Positions 52,321 through 64,000 of a stretch of 64,000 nucleotides of DNA are shown here, in pieces. The number at the start of each line of letters is the position of its first letter. The stretch's first letter is position 1. The notes under the pieces were generated by a model. The model saw only the letters and a program-made list of their open reading frames with translations, did no database searches and was not told where the DNA came from. The position numbers and the translations under genes were made by a program. The stretch is from Nemertoderma westbladi (lineage: Eukaryota > Animalia > Xenacoelomorpha). The stretch covers positions 1-64,000 of the forward strand of contig JAUCBJ010009091.1 of NCBI GenBank assembly GCA_032718475.1. The letters run 5' to 3'.

Positions 52321-53977
52321 CAACATACGGAGTGGGTGTGTGACTACATTATTTTATATTTATTTTATTATTTTATATTATGTATGTATTATTATGTAAT
52401 TTTATTATAATCGTTTTCTTTAATTTTATTTAGTAGAATGTTATTTAGTGATTATTTAGTAGATTAGTGCAATATATTAGTGTTTATTACTTAATTACTT
52501 ATATATTATATTTAGTGCGACGGCGAGAAATAATTCTTTTTCTCTTTCCTTACTGTCCGTATCATATTATAAATACGTGACTACAGTAAGATGAAATATC
52601 CGTACTTATTAAAGTACAATAAAGCCACTACTATATTCAAGTATTATTGGTAGGCAGAGTATTAGGAATGCAAAGTTCAGATCCTCGTGTCTCGGCTAAA
52701 CCAAGCTCTGGGTAGACCTTGGAAACGACTTGCCTCTTCACACTGACATTGCTTCGTGCGATATTGCTCTCATACCGTATATTAAATAATACATATAGTA
52801 GCGTGATGTCCCTCTAACAGTAGCGTGAAACGCAAATAAATCTGTTAAACCTTTTGACCATCTGTAATTCTAGTCGATTAAGATATCGCGGCACCCACCG
52901 ATATACTTGAAAGACAAATTCTAGAATCAGTGGTTAACGTCCCCAGACAAGTTCTGGAATAAACTGGTGCCCATCCTAAATATTAATTATTAATATTTAC
53001 AAAAATCTGTCAAATATCAGATCCTTTAAAATTCTAGTTGATTAAGATATCGTAGCACTTACCGATACTCTTAAAAAGACAATTTTCATAGAATTAAGGA
53101 TCTTGTGTCCCCAGACATGTTCTAGAATCAAAACATGTCAATTTAATTATCAAATAATAAAATTTCAGGGAATAAATTTAAATTCATGCCTTTTAATGAA
53201 TTTAATAAATTGCCATTTTTACGCAATTTATAACATTCCCAAAATTCCATTAATTAATAGATCAAGGGAGCGGAGATTTATCTTCTTATGCGTATGAGTG
53301 TGCGAAAGTCTCCCAAACATAGTCAATAGCCGATAAAATTCATAAAGCCATGTATAAAACAGGACATTGACCATTAAAGAATTACTATTAAATAACATCC
53401 CAGATCTGTATGCATTGGAATTACCCTAATTCTACCGCTAGCTTTGCATAATGTCACCATAGCAACAACCACGCTAGAATTAGAATTGAGTTAAAAGAAC
53501 AATAGAAAGCTTGTCCCATTGAATAGCATAGGGAATAAATAGCGCACTGTTAGTATCCAAGGATACATGATAATAACGTGACATTCTGGAAGGCACTGAC
53601 TAACGGACAGGTGACCCGAGTGTGTAATTTGTGACAAGTTGTGTGTGTGGTATTTGTGAGTTTATAGGCGAATGTTACTACTAAGGTGTGTTTACAGTAG
53701 CGAGTCGCAATTGTGAAAGTAACCCTAACTCTCCAGTAAGAACCTGAGGTGTATCTAAGCCTTTGGGACGGACAGTCGAGTGACTTGTGCCGGTTGTCGT
53801 TGTCGTTGTGCGGCTACGTCGTTGGCAAAAGTACAGCGGCGACGACACATCGGCGCTGAGGATCTCGCACTGTCCGGGGGCTGATTGGGGTAGGCAGCGA
53901 CGCTCGCTAGCCTAAATATAAACTCATTATAATATTAATAAACTCATATATAGCAGATATGACGGAGTTGATAGAAG

Positions 53978-55056
53978 ATGGTCTTGGTATCAGGGAGCGA
54001 TATACTCTACTTTCAAGCGTTTGTTGATAGCTTGATACGCGGTGATACTAGTCCAACTACTACGGAGGATGATGGTCGTTATATCGAACCTACGATTTCC
54101 TGGAAGTAACTTACGCGTGAATTGGACTATGGAAAATTCACCGCTCGCTATACGCATCGTAATGGTACGTATATGGACTTCTTGACTACTGGTCATCCTA
54201 TTGATTTACACGACACCGACGATATAGACACCGAAAGGGAAATGGTTTTATTTAAATATCATACCCAGCGGAGTCGAAACGATAAATCGAGAATAGAACA
54301 CGAGAACTCTATTCGAAACAGACTCGAGAGGGAAGACGTTGAAGTACCTGATAAACGTCGCGACTTCAACAATTATCTAGAATTCCTAAGAGAGACCTAT
54401 CTCAATATTGCCAGTCAACAAAACCTCGAAACTCGATATCCTCAAGGTATACATCCAGACCCTATGATGGAACTCAAACGGCTCTATTTTACGATGATGT
54501 ATCTTACCGCCGATCGACCGCTACCTGTCGTTCCAGATAGCTTCGAACAGATGGAGGAATATTGTAAAACTGGAGAGCGATCACCTGCGTTTCCCCTTCA
54601 AGACGTGCGTCTTTGGTATTATTACGATAAATGCCCTAGACCCAGCCAATAAACGGAAAGACATAAACATCCACGGAAACGTTGTGTTAAACACAGTTGT
54701 GCTCGTTATATTTACTGGAGTTTCGAGCGAAACTTGTTTGACGTATCACCTATGCTCACTCGGCTCGAACGATCCTGGAGTAAACCTACGATCAGAGTCC
54801 CGGAATACTCGGTCAAACCTCCTCATTCCTTAGTTGGACCTCCGACCTGCGATCCTGGTGGTGTCGCGGATCCTCGCGGACTGTATTCACTGTTCAAAGA
54901 TCTAGTGCTACCCTAACAATTAATCAGTGACACTCCGACAGTGATTTCTAGCTAGCCGCCCATCTTACCTAGCCGGATTGTGACGCGGACACCCAATATC
55001 ACTATCCAACCGTATGGTCGTCCCCGTTTAACGCGATACAACCCTTCATCAAGGTG
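53978..55056 (+). pseudogene. Decayed additional ORF of unknown function in the 3' (env-position) region of the BEL element
   Basis: The ATG at 53978, the 176-aa ORF and the 60-aa ORF at 54734 are all in one frame, separated by isolated stops (54107, 54650, 54914, ~54952). Confidence 0.5.
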
Positions 55057-55554
55057 AAGGAGAGCGTTGTACGAAACGAGTTAAACGCTATTCTATAAAG
55101 ATCAAAAAAGAAACCTGCGTTTGTTCAGATAAACGTAAGTTATAACAGTAAGTCCAATCGATAAACGAATTGGCCTTATCTCAGTTCGATTGGGAAATCT
55201 CGAATCTCTAAGAAGATATCAAGCTTAGAAAACCCTATTCTCTGCGAGAGTTTTGGACGAACGTATCTCATGACAAGCGGAGGAAAATCAGCTCGAGGAG
55301 AAGCATATCGAAATGGACGAGACACCGACCGTAAACCCAAACCTTCTAATGCAATTGTATTGCACCCTTTACCCAGGAGTTATAGCCTTTCTAGTAAAGT
55401 GGCTTGCCCCAAAGAGAAAAGGACTCTTGCTGGCCTCGGGAAACTGCGTGAACGCCGTCCGCGCAAGAAAAACTAACTGTTTAGAGTATCTTTATGTTTT
55501 AGAAACTGTGATTTTTATATTTTATAGACTGAAAATCCCATTTTCTGGGAGCGG

Positions 55555-56769
55555 TGTAAAAGCTTTTGCGGAATTGCCCGGTTATTTTTCCTTATTTTTC
55601 CCGTAAAATACTCTGTAGTTGGTTTAGTAGGCGTAAGAGGCCGTATTATTGCTGTATCGGTGTTTTTTAGAGGACCTAAGAGCTATTTCTTCCGTATGTG
55701 TACTTTGGGGGACATGGTTGGTGATTCTATGGCAATTCTATGACGCAAAATAGCTAGATCCTCTTGAAACAGTAGTTACTATGACGACGGTTAACAGCTG
55801 AGCTGTATACATGTCGATTTTCTTTGTTCTACGGTGCCTCTCAGTTCAGTCAACCAATCAGAGCGTTTTTACTGTTCTTGTACAGAAATTTCCTAGAAAT
55901 CACGCAATGCTTTATGGGCAGTGTTATCATTCAGTCCTGAGCCAAGAAAGAACGGCTTTTGGAATATTTGTGCTTTTCTGCTTTTAGCCTAACACTAGTA
56001 GGCTTAATTATAAGGACATATATCCGTTATCACTGGGTAACTCAATGGTTAACAACTTACTCAATGCTTGGCTGGTCTTGTCGTGCATACTTTTATAACG
56101 TTATACTGCTATTTACTGTCGGTTATTCATTATATGGTTGATGAAATATTATATTTGGAATAACGAGAAATAACCCCGAAAACCCAATATTCTTGATATA
56201 CCGAAGGTAAGAGAGACAGGTTACATATAACGATTGTGACTTATGTTAAAGTGGTTTGAAGTGAATCTAATGTTATCTGATAGACCCTACATGAGTCGGT
56301 CTGTGTTCCTTTTATATGTGACTAAAATCAGTGAAGATCGGCAGATCAGTGTGCAGTATTGTGCAGCATTGTGTATGAGTGAGACTGATAACGAAGCATT
56401 TCCTAAAGAATGCGCCATATATGTGAATTGTAACTAAGCCATATCGTTGCATGTAGTTTAAGTCATAGCTCTGTTTATTTAGATAGAGCGCCACGTCCAA
56501 AAGGAACTGTTAATATTCCCCGAAGGTGAATAATATTGTCAGAGATTATATAATACTGTCAGTCGAATAATACATTAGGCTTACATAGCAATAAGATTAA
56601 GCCGTCGAAGTCAATCTCCCGGGTATATCCAGCGGGTGAATGATCGCGCACAGATTGGTTTCAACTAGTGTAGTGAATCAAATACTTGTCAGAGGCTAAA
56701 AGCGATTTATTATCTAGAAGACATCCTAATTTGGCGGGTTAAACTGCCAAAGGTCTGAAAGCGCGAACA
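55555..56769 (+). repeat. 3' LTR (1215 bp as bounded by the purine tract and TSD)
   Basis: Starts tgtaaaagc, ends gcgcgaaca|ATCTG; only the first 453 bp have a 5' counterpart. Confidence 0.8.
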
Positions 56770-59545
56770 ATCTGCATCCAAGAACATCGGATTTGTCATG
56801 AAGACACTGCCATGAAGTACAATGACATTGGAAATGGATGGACGTTAGTAACAAGATCAGCAGTAAGAAACTCGGCCAATGCATCAATTGGCGGAGTAGG
56901 AATTCTGCTAAGCCCATTTGCACTTAAGACCCTAAACAACATCGAATCTATAAATTCCAGGGTCATGATCGTAACATTTGATGGGAATCCCAAGACAACA
57001 GTTATATGTTGCTACAGTCCAACCAATGCCTCAGAGCCAGAACAAGCAGTCAAGTTTTATGAAGATCTGACTGGACTTATAAAGGACATTCCGAAACACA
57101 ATGTTAAAGTCATTGCTGGTGACCTGAATGCGCAAATTGGCCCAGAAGACGTCAAGGGTTATACCTATAACACCAGTTCTAACAGAAATGGGTACTTACT
57201 TTTAGACCTAATGGAAGAATGTGAATTGATACCAACAAACAACACATTCGAAAAGAGGAAGGGGAAGCTATGGACCTTTCAATACCCTAATGGAACCAAA
57301 GCACAACTGGATTACATCCTTATAAACAAAAAGTGGAGAAACAGCATGATCAACTGCGAGGCATACAGCTCGTTCAACCTCATTGGTTCGGACCACAGAA
57401 TTGTGACTACAGAGATCAGACTCAGTTTGAGAGCCAGCAAACCTAGGACAAGCAAGCAAATCAACTATGACTGGGAGAAACTCAGAACTGACAATGCAGT
57501 AAAGGATGCTTACACAGTAGAAGTTCAAAACCGCTTTGAAGCACTTCAGTCAATGGATGAAGACCAGTCCACCGATTCAATATACCAGAATATAATAACA
57601 GCCCACAAGGAATCAGCTAAGAGGCATATCCCCCAGAAGCCCAAACGAAAACAGTATGTGCCATGGCCAAACTCTGAGGTTACTTGTAAGAGAGAAGATC
57701 TTAAGATAGAAAACATTAACAAGGTTGAGAAAGCTAAGGACGATCTTAAATTGGCCTACAACATCAGCCAGGAAAAGTACATACATGATAAAATTGAAGC
57801 AATTACAACTGCTCACATACAGCAACAATCAAGACTTACCAGGCAAACTGTAAATGAGGTATCTGGTCGGAAAAGTTGTGCAAAGGGGCGCCTCAAAGCC
57901 GATAGTCATGAAGAACGTGTTGGGAAGTGGAAAAATCACTTCAGCAACTTGCTTGGGCAGCCACCAAACATCGAGGTCAGCCCTACAAGGAAAATATATG
58001 ACAAGACACTACCTATAGAAACAGGGGACTTCACACCTGCCGAACTCCAAAGAAGCATTAAAAGCATGTCCAATAATAAAGCGAGTGGATTAGATGAAAT
58101 CCCAGCGGAGGTATGGAAAACCGGAGTGCTAAACAGACCATTATTGAATGTTTGCAACCGGATGTTAAAAGGGGAAAAGCCATCACCAATTTGGACTAAA
58201 GGTCAACTACCTCTCCCCAAGAAAGGAGACCTCGGTATACCAACAAACTATCATGGGATCTGTCTGCTTGTGGTAGCTGCCAAAATATACAATAAAATGA
58301 TTCTATATAGGATTAGACCTCACATAGAGAAACTATTGCGTAAGAGCCAAAACGGATTTCGACCAAGTAGATCAACAATAGCTCAGATACTTGCACTACG
58401 GAGACTGATTGAAGGAATTAGGTCGAAGAATCTCCCCGCAGTCATGACTTTTGTGGACTTCAAGAAGGCATTCGACTCCATCCATAGAGGCAAAATGCTT
58501 GAAATCCTAAGAGCTTATGCAATACCAGAAGTATTTGTTGCTGGCATTGGATTGTTATATTGTGACACAGAAGCGCAGGTACTCTCACCAGATGGTGAAA
58601 CTGAGTTTTTCTCAATCCTGGCTGGGGTACTGCAAGATGATACATTAGCACCATTACTATTTGTAATTGTGCTGGATTACGCAATGAGGACAGCCACAAA
58701 GTGTGAAGACCTGGAATTCACACTTCAAGAACGCAGAAGTAGTACAGTAGATATCCGGAAACTACAGTCACAGACACCGACTTTGCGGATGACATCGCCC
58801 TGCTCTCTAATACCCTAGCAGATGCACAGCTTCTACTAAATAAAGTGGAGAGGGCTGCTAAGGAGGTTGGATTGCATATAAATGCTACCAAGACCGAATT
58901 CATGACATTTAATGTTGATGGAAACTTGACAATTAGTAATAGTAATAGTAATGACATTAATAGTAATCAACTAAGGAAGGTTGACGACTTCCAGTACCTT
59001 GGGTCATGGATAGAGAGTAGCAAAAAGGACATAGACGTTAGGAAAGCAAAGGCTTGGGTAGCTCTATCAAAAATGGATACCATCTGGAAATCAAATCTCT
59101 CCAGGCACCTGAAGACTAAGTTCTTTCAAGCCACAGTGGAAAGTGTATTTTTATACGGGGGTGGGACCTGGGCACTGACTAAATCACTTGAACAACGAAT
59201 TGATGGTTGCTACACAAGACTACTAAGGGCAGCCCTAAACATCAGCTTGAGACAACACATGACAAACGCCGAGCTTTATGGTACAATACCACCTGTATCA
59301 ACCACGCTCCATGAACGCAGATTACGATTCAGTGAGCATTGCTGGCGAGTAAAGACGAGGTCATACCAGATCTACTTTTCTGGCAACCAACTCATGGAAA
59401 GCATAGTCGTGGACGACCGGCCATAACATATATAGATCAACTTGAAAGGGATACTGAACTTGGGAGAAACGAAATTGCGACAACTATGGAGAATCGGGAA
59501 GCCTGGAAGGATCTCATTTCCACTGTCCGAGTTCGCTCGACCTAG
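56770..59545 (+). pseudogene. RTE ORF (APE endonuclease + RT), frameshifted near 58745 and 59347
   Basis: CYSPTN, AGDLNA, QLDYIL, SDHR, ASGLDEIPAE, FVDFKKAFDS, GVLQDDTLAP, DFADD (shifted frame), FQYLGS. Confidence 0.92.
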
Positions 59546-60489
59546 TAGTAGTAGTGAGGAACATTGGAATCCACCCGCCTCTGAAAATTTTTGGTTTTCT
59601 TTGTTGAGGTGCACATACTCAACCATTCCCAGTTTAGACTTCAAATTTAGACAGGGTGTACACTTTGTATCAATGATGACAGGGTTAAAAGATCATGAGC
59701 ATATCATTAATCAGATTGCATCACCAACATTGTCAAAGTAGCCCTTTTTCACGGTTATGCAATTCTTCGCAAATATAAACATTCACAGTGGGTTTCTGAT
59801 TTTTGTTTTTTAAGTAAATCTTGCTTTACTAAGTCCATTTTGAGTTGCTGTAACATGAGAAACTTATACATCAGGTAAACTAATTATCAGAACAATGTTG
59901 AATATGTCATAAAAATGGCATTTTTCAAAATTTCAAATTTTTAAAGGATATTAAAGACTCATTGTCGCTTTCTGACAAATAGTTTACTAATTTCATTACT
60001 AAAATATGGACATTTATGTCTCCAATTGTTAAAATCAAGCACAATTAATACAAAACTGATAATCAGAGCAAGTTTAGACTCCACCTTAAATAATGTGCTT
60101 CACTGAATTTTGAAAATGAGCGATAATTCAAACAGCGATATCTCGAGAACGAATCAATAATATAAGCTGAAATTTTCAAAATATCATTTTTTCATAAGTA
60201 TCAACAAATGGTGAAAATTTCATCGAAAATCTCCTACCCTTGCCACACCCATTGGTCGAGCTTGAATGGAATGACCCTTTAGTCAGTTAGTTATATCATG
60301 AGCCAATTATATTCGGAGTGGAATGATATTGCAGACAGAGAAATATTTTTATTCGTCAATGAGCGAGTTATTATACAAAATTGGCTACACATCAACCTAA
60401 ATACATACATACCTTCAATTAAACCCTCAGTTGGTAGTTTATGATGTGTACAATCGCAACAGTCAGACAGTAGCGGGCCTGAGACACAC

Positions 60490-60665
60490 TGAATTTATTT
60501 AGCGCGGTTTTAAGTTTTAGATTGTCATCTCACTTTAAGCTCCGTTCTGAGACTGGTCGTTGGTTGGTTGGTGTAGGATACCACCCGAGGAACGATAATG
60601 CCGATGTGAGCTAGGGGAAGTACAAAACAAACATCACGTACTATTCACTTGCCCCCCTACCCTAA
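60490..60665 (+). mobile_element. Old LINE C-terminal remnant (RTEX-like), right part
   Basis: Degenerate FRLSSH..LRSETGRW...PEER.CRCELGEVQNKHHVLFTCP Cys/His motif. Confidence 0.6.
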
Positions 60666-61725
60666 CGTGGAGGTAGGCTGTATGGGAGAATTTTTGAGTG
60701 ATAACTCCAGAAAAGCTAGACCATACGTGTAACCTGATCCTAAAGGTATCTGTAGGTGAAAATTAATGTCAAAAACGTCATAAGTGAAAATACAGTAAGA
60801 AATGTGGGCAACATTTTTAAGAGGAATTCTTCTTTAGCGCCATAAAAATTTGCTTAGTATAATTCAATAGTAAGCATTTTTGAAGATTTGGATACTTCCC
60901 TTTAGCGTAGAAGGCTGATTTTAGGCTCATTTGTACCACAATAATTGATTTAGTAGAGGAGGTAGAAGTTGATGTAACAAACCTTTTTTGAAATATTTCT
61001 CAAAATTTTAACTCAAACGTGGTGGTGTGATAGCCCATATTTACTCGAAGAGCAGTATTATTTCAAATATTACTTATGTTGGTCGCAGGGAGTTGATTTT
61101 GTGCTTATTAGAGCCGAAATGGTCGATTTAGTGAGGGTGTAGGACTACAGTAGTTTGAATAGTTTAAATACCAGTATCATTTTTAATTGTATTTTTAGTA
61201 AATTTAAGCCAAATTTTGGCCCTCAGATATATCAGGATAGCTTTCACTATGTGTCATTTGTAAAATGAGTTGTATTGGTCGTATGGTGTTGATTTTGGGC
61301 TCATTCGATCGCAATTATTAGCGTGGGAAGAACAGGTTGGCATGTTTTTATAAATCATTCTTATTTATATTTTTAAACTACAGTATATCTGAATATAGTT
61401 TTTAACCCAGTATAGTTAACTGTTAGTTATATTATCATTGGTATGTAATACTTGTTGGTTTGACGTCTCTTAATATTTTGAAGTTCTAACTAGTGCACCC
61501 TAACTAAATTAAAAAAAAACTGATAACTAAATTGATGATTGCTGGATTGCGGTTCAAATGAACCAAAAATTAACTCTGTAGGCCTACGACCAAAAGAATT
61601 CATATTACACATATGCTGTAATGTAGCCTACTGTAAGTGTAACCTGTCGTGACATATGTGTGGGCTAAAATTTGGCTTAAATTGGCTAAAATACAAAGAA
61701 GAATGATAATAAAACCACGCTAACC

Positions 61726-61899
61726 AGCCATACCCCCACTAAATCGACCATTAAACAGGTATTGCGGTTCGAATGAGCCCATAATCAACACTGTGCGGCC
61801 AACACAAGTCATATTAGAAAGAATACTACTCTTCGAGTCAATATGGGGTAGGCCTATTGCACTGCACCACACTTTTGGCTGTTTGGGCCAAATGTTGTG
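61726..61899. repeat. ~175-bp direct repeat (second copy 63826-64000); subunit of a larger subrepeat-built element at ~60.8-62.8 kb
   Basis: Near-identical cagccatacccccactaaatcgacc...tttgggccaaa. Diverged inverted versions occur at 60910-61330. taagaaatgtgggcaac (~60796) is complementary to gttgcccacatttctta (~62730). Confidence 0.8.
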
Positions 61900-63128
61900 A
61901 AAATTGGCCAATATATTATTAAAAGGTTTGTTGAAACAACATATACCCCCTCTAAATCAATGATTGCTATCATATGAACCCAAAATGAGCAATGTACTGA
62001 TGTACAACTACTGTAGTAGAAGTATCCTAATTACGTGTATATCCCAATACCAGAATACTGCAATTGGCCTATCTGCCTATATCACAGGCTTAGCCCGATT
62101 ATGGCTGATTTTATATTTTCTGACTGGCTGGCTTAAAAAGTGGATCAACACTATAATTTTTGACCAAATTGGCTCCTTATTCAGTTATAATTTTTGACCA
62201 AATTGGATACTTTTTTCAGTGTTGAAAAATGCAAAATTTGTGAGTTTAGCTGGTTTTCACCAATATTTGGGAGCATTAATATTTTTGACCTTGTACCTCT
62301 GAGCACGATTCATTCTGGAATACCTCAACAACGTCAGTTTTCACTCTTCTAGTCATCGTATGAAGTCAATGTTGAGCCCATTTGAATCGCAACGGTTGAT
62401 TTAGTGGGTGTAAAGAGCACATAGGACTTCTTACAATGACTCCGAGAAGAATGAAAACTAACATTTGGGTGTTCCGCAGATGAATCGCCTTAGTTATTAT
62501 TAGTAACTATAGTAATAACTAAATCTACATGTAGTTTCCAAAATATTTGGTGAATGATTTAGACGACCACAACTACCCCCACTAAATAGTCAATTGCCAT
62601 TTTAATGATACCAATATCACTTTATACAGTGACTGGAGGTGTAGTTAACTGACAAGGGTTTGCGATAATTTCCGCTTAGTGATTTAAGCCGCTAGCGACG
62701 TAAGACCGGGCTGCCGGTTAAATGTTTCGGGTTGCCCACATTTCTTAGTTCGTTGAATTTTACCCCAATGGGCATTTCTTAACTTCATATTAGTTTAGTC
62801 AGCCATATAGGGTATGCTCTCTGAATTTTAAGGTCCCTCAGTCATACAGCAGTACAGTACAGCATACCCCTACCAGCCTACGCTAACGGCTAACCTCCGA
62901 ATTGATAATCAACCACAAGATTTGTATTTGATGTTTATTGTTTAACTCTGTCTAGTGTCGCCTCGTGACAGTCGTGATATGGCTGTATGGCAAAAATAGT
63001 TTTTAATATATTAAGAACTTATTATTAGTCAGAATGGTGAAAGTTTTGATTGATTGATTATGATTAAGTTGATGTACGTTCATACAGTCAGACAGTTACA
63101 TGTTTATTGCAAAAGTTATTGTGTTATC

Positions 63129-63371
63129 TACGGTGGCTGAATTGTGCCACTTAATACTTTTTTTTATTTATTTTTTTAAGGGACTTTTTGGCCGACCAAA
63201 AAGTCGACTTATTGGTCGACCAAAAAGTCGATTTTTTGGTCGACCAAAAAGTACTTATTGGTCGACCAAAAAGTACTTATTGGTCGACCAAAAAGTACTT
63301 TTTCGTCGACCAAAAAGTCCCTTAAAAAAATAAATAAAAAAAGTATTAAGTGGCACAATTCAGCCACCGTA
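63129..63371. mobile_element. Palindromic MITE with TACGG...CCGTA termini and 6-bp TSD (IS3EU-like signature)
   Basis: TIR tacggtggctgaattgtgccacttaatac...; GTTATC at 63123-63128 and 63372-63377; internal 22-24-bp repeats ttggtcgaccaaaaagt. Confidence 0.8.
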
Positions 63372-64000
63372 GTTATCTGCTATCTTAACATTGTGCTATA
63401 TTAGATTTGTTGTCATGTTAATTTACAGGGTTCATTCTCTTCTCCATGTCTTGTTCATGTGGCCATGTGGGTGTGTTTGAGTCTATAATAATAATAATAA
63501 TACTGCAGATAGGGGGGAAACTGGACGCAATAAAAATTCATCCCTCTCCACTGCTCCAGGTCCAGGGGAAATTCGATGTAAACAGGTAAATAACAGCTGA
63601 TTGATTACTCTCAAAAATATAACTGTAACCTGTTCTATTGTGTTTAGTTTATTGTTTTGGTTAAAATAACGTGTCACTGTAACCTGCTCCTTTCCCTAAA
63701 TTGAGAATTTAACATTGACTGATTGAGACGGGATATTAATTCGCCAAGGCGGGCTTTGCGTCGAGTATCCCCCCTGTCTCTAACACTGATGTGCTGCAAC
63801 TGCATATTGTAGCGGTAACCAGCCCCAGCCATACCCCCACTAAATCGACCATTAAACAGGTATTGCGGTTCGAATGAGCCCATAATCAACACTGTGCGGC
63901 CAACACAAGTCATATTAGAAAGAATACTACTCTTCGAGTCAATATGGGGTAGGCCTATTACACTGCACCACACTTTTGGCTGTTTGGGCCAAAAGTTGTG

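Larger units (their letters stand above)
45271..56769 (+). mobile_element. BEL/Pao LTR retrotransposon, internally deleted
   Basis: TG...CA termini; 5-bp TSD ATCTG at 45266-45270 and 56770-56774; purine-rich tract gggagcgg before the 3' repeat; BEL gag and protease motifs. Confidence 0.92.
44690..59555 (+). mobile_element. Near full-length RTE-clade LINE split by the LTR element (44690-45270 and 56770-59555)
   Basis: Endonuclease start LKIVTMNTRTLK...NIDII|CIQEHR joins across the insertion. (TAG)n tail at 59543-59555. Candidate TSD ggaacatt (44682-44689 and 59558-59565). The 5' limit is approximate. Confidence 0.88.
42334..60277 (+). mobile_element. Sola2-like DNA transposon with ~620-bp TIRs, defective, carrying nested insertions
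   Basis: TIR gggtcattccattcaagctcgaccaatgggtgtggcaaggg... at 42334-~42958 is complementary to ~59663-60277. GGG/CCC termini; flanks ttta / tttt(a). Transposase remnant inside. Confidence 0.8.

Noticed and set aside
261-59545. Retron, DGR or other prokaryotic RT system
   Set aside because: The intact RTs are APE-linked LINE RTs, and the window has spliceosomal introns and a SINE.
63100-63333. 77-aa ORF with GRPKS repeats (AT-hook-like)
   Set aside because: It is a translation of the MITE's internal palindromic repeats.

Overview
This is AT-rich, repeat-dominated animal (invertebrate-type) nuclear DNA, not prokaryotic. The ORF track uses GTG/TTG starts, so many listed ORFs are spurious. Contents: (1) a near-intact CR1-clade LINE on the minus strand at ~100-4091; (2) a minisatellite-rich block at 6.1-9.8 kb around a 100-N gap, with two inverted, diverged RG-rich/PY-motif arms; (3) two spliced exons of a SAXO/FAM154-family gene; (4) a ~9.5-10 kb tandem segmental duplication (13057-22560 vs 23604-33710) carrying an intronless Ly6/three-finger-like, putatively GPI-anchored gene; (5) an intronless type II membrane gene with a Pro/Thr stalk and fibrinogen-related domain, with a 1-nt frameshift; (6) a four-level transposon nest at 41.5-60.7 kb (RTEX-like LINE > Sola2 > RTE LINE > BEL/Pao LTR element with an unexplained extra ORF); plus several MITEs and a tRNA-derived SINE. 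The most striking cross-cutting signal is repeated small insertions that turn TA into TACAGTA, TACTGTA or TAGGCCTA, shown by comparing paired copies within the window. These look like DNA-transposon excision footprints, and I cannot assign a source element for the TAGGCCTA class. All family assignments come from motif recognition by eye; no database search was run.
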